Source of the DNA: Azolla caroliniana
Lineage: Eukaryota; Plantae; Polypodiophyta
Assembly (NCBI GenBank): GCA_043228905.1
Contig: JBHGNT010000379.1
Span: 1-30,130 of the forward strand
Direction of reading: 5' to 3'
DNA length: 30,130 nt
Position numbers and translations under genes: made by a program. Positions 1 to 7,878 of the stretch are shown here, piece by piece (the first letter of the stretch is position 1; the number at the start of each line of letters is the position of its first letter). Below the pieces are notes generated by a model that was not told where the DNA came from, did no database searches, and saw only the letters and a program-made list of their open reading frames with translations.

Positions 1-1366
1 AAACCGTCTCCGGCAAAGGTAGAAGCCATCTCCGCGATGAAGCCCGACTGCAGCTCGGTCACGGAAGTACGGAGATTCCTGGGGGCATGCGCGTTCTACC
101 ACATGTGGATCCCGCATTACGCACACGTCGCGGAGCCACTGTACGGGTTGCTGAAAAAGGGGCGAAGGTTCGAATGGCTAGACAAGCACGCGGAATCGGT
201 CCGGAAGCTGAAAGAGGCCCTTGCAGCGGCACCGGCAATCCGGAAGGCGGTTTACGGGAAGGGTACCCCGGTATTCATAACGGTGGATACCAGTCCGACC
301 GGGATCGGATGGGTCGTGAACCAGGAAGACGAGGACGGCAATCGGTTTCCGATCCGATTCGGCGCGAAAGTCCTCAGTGAACGGCAGCGAGGATACGCCC
401 AGGTTAAACGCGAACTCTGGGGTATTGTTTCGGCGGTTAAGGCCGACAAAGACTACCTGATAGGGACGGAAGTGATCATCGAGACGGATTGCCTGCCGAT
501 TCTCGGTATGGTTTCCGGATGCGCGACTCCGGACCTGGCGATGCTCAGGTGGATAGCGTACATCAAGTCCCTGGACCCGGAAATACGACACATTTCCGGG
601 AAAGACAACGCCATGGCCGACATGCTTTCGAGGGCGAGGTTCGACGACGAGGGCGGCATGGTTTCGGAAGACGAAGAAGTCGGCGTGGATTTCTTCGAGG
701 CGGCATACATAACGACCGACGGGATGAGCACTCCGGCGCTTAACGAGTTCGACGCGAGCAAGTACGACGGGGAGTGGCTGCAGATCGGCGGGTTTTTGAA
801 GACAATGACGCCCGATGCGTCATGGACGAAGGACGAGGCCAACCGGATCCGGAAGAAAGCGTATCGATTCTTTCTCCGAGATGGGCATCTATGGAAGCAC
901 CCGAAGAAGAGGGACGGCGTCCCGCTCCGAGTGGTGGCGATGAAGGAAGTACAGGAGGAGCTACTGGCGGCCTACCACGACAGCCCTTGGGCTGGACACC
1001 GTGGAACGTGGGCGACGTTTGAGAAGCTGAAGGGAAAGTACTGGTGGCCGGGATTGTACCGGGACGTGCATCGGTTCGTGTCAACTTGCGAGAGTTGTCA
1101 GATGCACTCGATAGTCCGACACCGGGACGGGCTTCACCCTACGTACCCTCCGACTATCCACTTCAAATGGATGGTAGATCTGGTGACGATGCCGATGGGG
1201 GTAGGACAGATGCGGTATCTGGTCCTAGCGCGGGAAGACCTGACGAACCAGGTGGAAGGCCGGGCCCTTCAGAACAAGACGACCGCGGCCGTGTGTCGGT
1301 TCCTAGTCGAGGACGTGATATGCCGGTACGGGTGCGTCGGGAAGATCGTGGCTGACCGAGGGGAGT
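1..1366 (+). CDS. pol: Ty3/Gypsy pol fragment, copy A (RT C-terminus, RNase H, integrase Zn finger and start of core), truncated at both ends
   Basis: Frame open from base 1 (KPSPAKVEAISAM..). Motifs VRRFLGACAFY, TVDTS..ELWG..ETDC..NAMADMLSR (RNase H), H-X6-H..C-X2-C, WMVDL..IVADRGE. Homology to copy C stops at ADRGE; the ORF tail to 1428 is read-through into inverted sequence. Confidence 0.93.
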
Positions 1367-2396
1367 CTCTGCTCTCCACGGCCAGCTGGAACTGGTCGTA
1401 CCCTGAGTATAGATCCCCGACCGAATAAATTGACCTTCCGGCGAAGGCCTCCGCGAACTCGTCTATGGTCGGTCCGATTCCTGCGTTCCGAATGGTCACT
1501 CGATTGACCGGCTGCAGGTCCTGGATGAAGCGCAGCGAACCGTTTTTCTTCGGTACGGTAAACCATCGATTCGAATATGGGGCGCTCGACGGCTCGAGAA
1601 TTCCCATATCAACTTTCTGCCTCAGCAGCTCCATCAACTTCGGGATGTGAGCTCTCGGAACCGGGATTGGCTTGAGATTCCATGGTACATGCGGTACCGT
1701 GAATATCACCATCGGCTCCACGATCGTCGGGTCAACGCACCCGATTTCCTCCGGCGAGAATGCGAAGGCTTTCCCGTGCCTTCCGAGCATTCTCCGAAAC
1801 CGGTCTTCCTCCGCCGGCAGTAGGAACCCGCCCCCACCGATTTTGAGCTCTCGGAGCGTCTCGTCAGTGAAGGTGTGCCCTATGCAGGCCGGATCTCGTA
1901 GACTAGGGTCTGATGCAACCCCTTTGATTCTCGACGCGCTGTCCTCCGGTAAGGGTGCCGCTACTGGCCTTACCTTCCGGTCCACAGTCTTGTACTTGGT
2001 GTTCACGTGGGCCGTCCGAACTGACTCGAGCCCTCGACCGAAGTCCGCGATGACTTCGTACATCTCCTCGGAACACACCGGTATCGTCCGGTCTTCGTTA
2101 AGGCCTTCTTCGACTACCTTCCCCAGCATTCCCAAGGTGTCGTCGAGTGAGACCGCCTCCACGGCCCCGTTGATTTCCTCGTCCGGGCCGAGAACTCCGC
2201 ACGCTCGAAGTCTCCCCTCCGCCTTTGTCTTCTCTCGGCCGCCGATGCCGACTATCGTACACGCTCCGCTGTCGGAGAACAGAAATTCCCTACCTGTGGT
2301 ACAAGGTTTCTTCGGTTTTATCGTACAGGTGTGGGGTTTTCCCGGGGTGTCCGGACTGTCGCGGCCCCACGCCTTGGCAGCCCTCTCTAAAAATCC
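1365..2396 (-). CDS. pol: pol N-terminal part (linker plus first half of RT), in the -1 frame relative to gag-PR
   Basis: Frame open from GFLERAAKAWG through PHVPWNLKPIPVP, GILEPSSAPYSNRWFTVPKKNGSLRFIQDLQPVN and DLYSGYDQF. Confidence 0.9.
2331..2396 (-). promoter_or_regulatory. Putative -1 ribosomal frameshift signal (G GAU UUU heptamer, 6-nt spacer, stem/pseudoknot)
   Basis: Heptamer at 2396-2390 directly before the gag-PR UAG. Stem arms GGGCUGCC/GACAGUCC; loop GUGGGG is complementary to downstream CCCCAC. Same site seen in 4 copies. Confidence 0.75.
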
Positions 2397-4513
2397 TCTC
2401 GGTTATCGGAACCGAGGGAGTCGCGGTTACGCTCGTGGTTCGGCCTAACCGTCAAAAACTGGACCGAATGGCGCCCGTCCTGGCTCTTGACCCGCGCATA
2501 GGCCGAACCATTGTCCAGCACCTTGGTCTCCATTCGCGCCGCCGTGATATACGGCTCTCCCAGTATGACCGGATGCGAAGACGTCTCCTGCACGAAGAAG
2601 TGCTGGTCAATCTCGACGTCGCCGATCTTGACTCGCACATTCGGACAGGCCCCGTGCAGTTCCTCGGTGGCGCGCGTTGCTGCCCTTATTTTCCACCCGT
2701 GCTTGGTGTTGATCGGCCATTTGCCCTTCTTATAGAAGTCCATGGACATCAGATTGATCTCCGATCCGTGGTCCACCAAAGCTATCACCGGTTCCTGGAC
2801 ATCGCCGATCTTCACCGGGGTTTCCGTGGTCGCTCGGGCCCAGTGCGGTCTCGAATAGTGGCTTTCCGCCCACTCGTCTCCCAGCGCCATGTCGTCTAGG
2901 TGCGTCGTCCGCACTTCCACCGGTCTTTCCGGTTCTGTCTCCGTTGACAGCCTCTTCCGTTTCACCAAGTCCACGATGGAGTCGTGGAACTCCTTCTTGG
3001 CGATTCCAAGCACCTCCCGTAGCGACAGCTCCACCTTGCTGTCGAGGATCCGTTCCTCCAGGACCTTTCGTAAGTCCGTGGTTCTTTCTATCTCCGTCCC
3101 CAGACGGTACCCGCCCTTCTGGGGTTTATCTTGCGTACCGGCCTTGCCGGCTTCGTCCCGTCGTGGCCCGGACCGGGTCTCGTATCGTTGTGAGGGCCCG
3201 GTCGTCCCGGGTTTTCCCACCCGCTTCTCTTCTACCAGAGCCTCGTAGTTCCGGCAAGCGGCTTCCACGAAGCCCGTCCTTTCCTCGACCGGGTCGCTCC
3301 ACCCGGTCATCTCCCGTACCCGTTTCTCCGCACGGTCCGATTCCTCCCTTTTAAGCCCTGCACCGGCAAGGCCTTCCAGCATCGTCGGCCAGAATCCGGC
3401 TTTGCTTTCCTTTCGGGCCTCGCCGCCCCCGACTCGAATGCCGGCCGACGCCGAGTAGTGGACGGTTTCCGCGTGTCGGGCCGCCGCCTCTTCCATCAAC
3501 CTTTTCATACCACCTTTTCCGTCGTTTCGGCTCAGGGCCCTTCGGGTGTCGCTGGCATGCACCCGTCCTTCCCACAGGTACACCACCCGGTCCCTCAGCG
3601 CCTCCGCGAAGTCGCCGCAGTCCTTCCGAACGTGGCCGACTTCATCGCACCACATGCACCTGTTTCCTGCCGCCGGCCGTCGGTCACGAGCCGGTTCGCC
3701 TCCTTCCCTTCGGGCCTGCGCGATTTGGAGGTCCTTTATCGCCTTCGTCAATTCCTCCAGCGCCGCTCCTCCGGTTGAGCCTCTGACTACGCCGGTCGAA
3801 GCCGAACCGGTTTCCAACCACTCCCGGGTCTCTTCCTTGCGCACCTGTGGCGCTGGTTCGAGCTTCCTTGCTGCGACCGAGCCCGACCCGGTCGCCCCGT
3901 TATCCGCCCATTCTCGCCGTTTGTCGAAACGGCCACAGACCTTCTTGACAGCCGCCCAGTCGGTAGTGAGCCCGTCTTCGGTTTCCAGCAAGAGGCCCAC
4001 TTGCTCCCGATCCCGCTCGTCGACCGACTTGACAAACAGCAAGACCCGGCTCGTGTCCAGGATGGTTCGGTCGAGCGCCGAAAGGCGCGCAAAGTTTTCC
4101 TCGAACTCCCGGAGGAGTGCCGACGCGTTTCTTCCCTTCCCCGGGGACTCCACCCATTCCATGAACCTTCGCTTCGAAAGCCGGAGCGCGTCGTCCAGCC
4201 CGTATTTCTCTAGGAGCCGACCTTCGAACTCCTCCCAGGTACGGCTCTCCGCCCGCACCTCGAGCACCTCCGCATGGATGCTCGGCATTGCCACTCGGGG
4301 AAAACCGGCAAGACGCCTTTCTTCCGGAATGTCCCGCATCAACATTTCTGCACCGTAGGACGCCAGATACTTCGTGGCATCCCTCCCATCGAACCGGCCG
4401 ATCGTGCCGACGACCGCCTCAATAGCTCTGTCGAGGGCACCGGTACCCTCGCGCGCGTTTACGATCCGATCCACGGCCGAAGCCATGGCCTCTGCGAGAT
4501 CCGACCCCCTCAT
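2387..4513 (-). CDS. gag: Gag-protease polyprotein (CCHC zinc knuckle plus retropepsin-like domain)
   Basis: Uninterrupted ORF. ATG at 4513 (MRGSDLAEA) is conserved in copies E, G and I. CMWCDEVGHVRKDC knuckle; ALVDHGSEINLM..VILGEPY protease motifs. Confidence 0.92.
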   Translation of the reverse strand: MRGSDLAEAMASAVDRIVNAREGTGALDRAIEAVVGTIGRFDGRDATKYLASYGAEMLMRDIPEERRLAGFPRVAMPSIHAEVLEVRAESRTWEEFEGRLLEKYGLDDALRLSKRRFMEWVESPGKGRNASALLREFEENFARLSALDRTILDTSRVLLFVKSVDERDREQVGLLLETEDGLTTDWAAVKKVCGRFDKRREWADNGATGSGSVAARKLEPAPQVRKEETREWLETGSASTGVVRGSTGGAALEELTKAIKDLQIAQARREGGEPARDRRPAAGNRCMWCDEVGHVRKDCGDFAEALRDRVVYLWEGRVHASDTRRALSRNDGKGGMKRLMEEAAARHAETVHYSASAGIRVGGGEARKESKAGFWPTMLEGLAGAGLKREESDRAEKRVREMTGWSDPVEERTGFVEAACRNYEALVEEKRVGKPGTTGPSQRYETRSGPRRDEAGKAGTQDKPQKGGYRLGTEIERTTDLRKVLEERILDSKVELSLREVLGIAKKEFHDSIVDLVKRKRLSTETEPERPVEVRTTHLDDMALGDEWAESHYSRPHWARATTETPVKIGDVQEPVIALVDHGSEINLMSMDFYKKGKWPINTKHGWKIRAATRATEELHGACPNVRVKIGDVEIDQHFFVQETSSHPVILGEPYITAARMETKVLDNGSAYARVKSQDGRHSVQFLTVRPNHERNRDSLGSDNREDF

Positions 4514-4535
4514 CTTCTGCTCTTCTGCCGCCTCT

Positions 4536-4553
4536 TTCACGTCGGGTTCACCA
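4536..4553 (-). promoter_or_regulatory. Primer-binding site, tRNA-Trp
   Basis: TGGTGAACCCGACGTGAA, 3 nt after the LTR end. Complement of the plant cytosolic tRNA-Trp 3' end (..UUCACGUCGGGUUCACCA, recalled sequence). Confidence 0.85.
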
Positions 4554-4556
4554 AGA

Positions 4557-5271
4557 TGTCGGGGTTGCTACGCCCTTGCGTGTAGAAAGGAGGAGGGACC
4601 ACGGGGGTCTTGAACCGAAGAACAAGAGAGAGAGAGATAAGAGAGAGAGACCCCGATTACACAGAACCGAAGTTCCGATTGCGCAGAACCGACGATTACA
4701 CAGGGACACGGCCCAACAAACAGAGAACACAAATAAACGCCGACGCAGATGGACGCAACAACGAAAGATATGTACTTATGAATGCAAGAAAATAACAGAC
4801 TAAAGTACTACAACCCTCAGTGGGGCACGAAATAGATACTAACGAAAACGAACAGGGCGGCGAACAGATGCCGACCCCTGTATGTCGCGACGCACAGAAA
4901 GGGGAAACAGGTCGGAGGTGCTGCAGGACGCACTCGGGCGTTCCACGGAACAGCGCAAGCCTCCTCGAAACCTGCACAGGTACGCGATGGAGCAGAAGAC
5001 AGAGAGAGCGGGAGAGAGAGAGAAGCTCCGAAATCGGTTCGGCAGCACTTCGTCCTCTCCGCGGGAGATGCCCACATCTATTCTTCCTCTTCCTTTTATA
5101 GCCCGTCAAGAGGCCGTTTGGCATTAACTGCATACCAACCGAATCTACCCACCTAGGATCCTCGTATGTACCTACTTCGTCCTTAGGTACTTCTTGGCGC
5201 GCGTGTGTGTGTAGAGTCGTTTCCCACGCCTTGTCCTCCGATTCCTCTTGTGGGCGGTTTTCTTCACGACA
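4557..5271 (-). repeat. 5' LTR of copy B (715 bp)
   Basis: Minus strand TGTCGTGAAGAAAACC...CCCCGACA, followed by the PBS; carries the family U5 motif. Confidence 0.9.
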
Positions 5272-6788
5272 CCGGGAAAGACAACGACATGGCCGACATG
5301 CTTTCGAGGGCGAGGTTCGATGACGAGGGCGGCATGGTTTCGGAGGACGAAGAGGTCGGCGTGGACTTCTTCGAGGCAGCATACGTAACAACCGACAGGA
5401 CGAGCACTCCGGCGCTTAACGACTTCGACGCGAGCAAGTACGACGGGGAGTGGCTGCAGATCGGCGGGTTCTTGAGGACAATGGCGCCGGATGCGTCATG
5501 GACGAAAGACGAGGCCAACCGGATCCGGAAGAAAGCGTACCGGTTCTTCCTCCGGGATGGCTATCTATGGAAGCACCCGAAGAAGAGGGACGGCGCTCCG
5601 CTCCGGGTGGTGGCGATGAAGGAAGAACAGGAGGAGCTGCTGACGGCCTACCATGACAGCCCTTGGGCCGGACACCGTGGAACTTGGGCCACGTTCGAGA
5701 AGATAAAGGAGATGTACTGGTGGCCGGGACTGTACCGGGACGTGCATCGATTCGTGACAACTTGCGAGAGCTGTCAGATGCACTCCGTGGTCCGACACCG
5801 GGACGAGCTTCACCCAACGTACCCTCCGACCATCCACTTCAAATGGATGGTAGATCTGGTGACGATGCCAATGGGGGTAGGACATATGCGGTACCTGGTC
5901 CTAGCGCGGGAGGATCTGACGAACCAGGTGGAAGGCCGGGCCCTTCCGAACAAAACGACCGCGGCCGTATGTCGGTTCCTAATCGAGGACGTGATATGCC
6001 GGTACGGGTGCGTCGGGAAGATCGTGGCTGACCGAGGGGAGTTGGACGCCGAAGAAGGCGCGGAGCTGTTCGACCGGCTTGGAGTCAAGCTCTCGCTCAC
6101 CACTGCGTACAATCCGGAGGCGAATGGAAAGGTGGAGCGCGGACACGGGCCGATCGTCAAGGCGTTGGTTCGGGCATGCGGAGGTCGAGTCGGTAACTGG
6201 CCGCGGCTGCTACCTTATGCTTTGTGGGCAGACCGGACCACGCACAGTTCGGTAACCGGGTACATGCCGACGGAGCTCATGTTCGGCCAGAAGCCGATCA
6301 TGCCGATGGAACAGACGATCTCCACGTGGGCAACGGTCGACTGGAGGGACGAGATGACCCGGGAGGAGTTGTTGGGCGCGCGTATACGACAGCTCGAGCG
6401 GAGACCGGAGGACGTGGAACTGGCTGCGGAGAAGCTCCGGGTGGCGAGGACAAAGAACAAAGCCAGGTTCGACCGAACGCACCGGCTCCGACCGAAGAAA
6501 ATCGAAGAAGGTGACTGGGTGCTCGTCTACGACAGCAGCCTCGACAACCAGCACCGAGCTACACGGAAGTTCGCACGAAGGTGGTTCGGGCCTTACGTGG
6601 TACGGAGCGCCAATGACAACGGGACATATCACCTGACGGAACTCGACGGCACGAGAATGGCGATACCGGTTGCAGGGAAGCGGATCAAAGCGTTCAAGAA
6701 GCGACACGACGACGAGCCGGACCCGGCTCTCCTAGTCAGCAGTGACGAACGATCCGAAAACGAGGAAGAACCGACGGGCGAGGAATGA
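5272..6788 (+). CDS. pol: pol 3' part of copy C (end of RNase H, complete integrase, no chromodomain)
   Basis: Near-identical to copy A over about 5272-6041. HHCC; DDE core (WMVD, VADRG, NGKVERGH); RRWFGPY module; acidic tail. The ORF start at 5205 is LTR read-in. Confidence 0.93.
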
Positions 6789-6846
6789 AGACGGGCCGGT
6801 TTTCTCCGTCCCAACTCTCTTGGCGCATACCGGAGGATGCGCGGTT

Positions 6847-6859
6847 AGGTGGGGGCGGA
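6847..6859 (+). promoter_or_regulatory. Polypurine tract of copy C
   Basis: AGGTGGGGGCGGA immediately before TGTCGTGA. Confidence 0.7.
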
Positions 6860-7652
6860 TGTCGTGAAGAAAACCGTCCATAAGCGGAATCGGCGCACCA
6901 AGGCGTGGGAACCGGTTCTTCACGCACGCACGCTCCAAGTTGTACATAGAAGCGAATTAGGAGGATAATCGGCAGGAACGGGCCCTAACACAAGTGGAGA
7001 CAAAGACCGCGCGAACAGTCTTTTCGGTCGCGCGCGCGAGCTAAGGAACTGTACGAGTCGGCGGCGTAACTACACGGATGCGTGAAGAACGGAGCGGATC
7101 CCTGTTCAAAAGGGACAGGGAATAAAGCTGACAGGACGGCCTGCTCGTCGGCCTATATAAGGAGCAGGAAAGAGCTGTTGCAGGGATCTCGCGCGGAGAG
7201 GACGAAGTGCTGTCGGACCGTTTCTGGACGCTTCTCTCTCTGTTTCCTTCCTTCTTGAGCTCCATAGCTTTTCTGTGCAGGGTTCCGAGGAGCCTCGCGC
7301 TGTTTCGAGGAACGCCCGAGTGCTTCCGGCAGCATCTCCGACCTGCTACCCCTTTGTGCGTCAAAGCGAACAAGCGCCGGCTTCTGTTCGCCGGCCTGTT
7401 CGGCTGTAACCAACCTGTGCCCCATCGAGGGTTGTAGTCGTGTTAGCCATTTTTGTTAATATACATAGTTAGTCATTCGCATCTGTCTGTGTCGGTGTCT
7501 GTTCGCGTTCTCCGTGCTGAAGGGCCGTGTCCCTGTGTATTCCCGGTCCTGCGTAGCCGGTTCTCTCTCCTTCTCCTCCCTCGCTTGCTCTTTGGTTCGA
7601 GACCCCCGCGGTCCCGCCTCGTTTCCACACGCACTTGCAAAACATCTCGACA
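6860..7652 (+). repeat. 3' LTR of copy C (793 bp)
   Basis: TGTCGTGAAGAAAACC...TCTCGACA; TATA-like CCTATATAAG near 7152; U5 motif near 7595-7615. Confidence 0.9.
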
Positions 7653-7878
7653 GCGTGTGTGTGTGTCTTAGTGTTTCTTTCTTGCTTATGTACATATGTG
7701 TGTGAGAGTCAATATTGCGTGCCCGCTCTCTCTCTCTCTCTCCCTTCGGTTGCTTCCGGTGTGCTTCTGGGATGCCCCGGAAATGGTGAAGCACGACTTC
7801 CTACGTTCCGTCACTCCCTAGTCCAAGACCCCCGTGGTCCCGCCTTTCTCCAACACGTACTCGCAAAACTTCGCGACA
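7653..7878 (+). repeat. 3' remnant of another family LTR (D), the target of copy C
   Basis: Ends GTCCAAGACCCCCGTGGTCCC...TTCGCGACA. No PBS follows, so it is a 3' or solo LTR; it abuts pol of copy E. Confidence 0.82.

Larger units (their letters stand above)
1365..5271 (-). mobile_element. Ty3/Gypsy copy B: 5' LTR, PBS, intact gag-protease, pol broken inside RT
   Basis: LTR 5271-4557, Trp PBS, 717-aa ORF, then pol up to FQLAVESRD. Inserted antisense into copy C at CCGG (5272-5275). Confidence 0.93.

Noticed and set aside
1672-2448. Recurrent 230-270 aa antisense ORFs (also 8604-9419, 14685-15485, 17671-18372)
   Set aside because: They are codon-aligned shadows of GC-rich pol, start at non-ATG codons, are Ser/Pro-rich and show no motif; recurrence just reflects copy homology.
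4514-4540. Gag start at GTG 4540
   Set aside because: It lies inside the PBS; stops occur in this stretch in copies E, G and I, whereas ATG 4513 is conserved.
4696-5391. ORFs over LTRs (also 10852-11577, 12068-12469, 19709-20017) as accessory or env-like genes
   Set aside because: They cross element boundaries, translate microsatellite or low-complexity LTR sequence and are not conserved between LTRs.
1-6788. Copies A and C as two halves of one element
   Set aside because: They overlap by about 770 bp of homologous but non-identical sequence, so they are separate copies.
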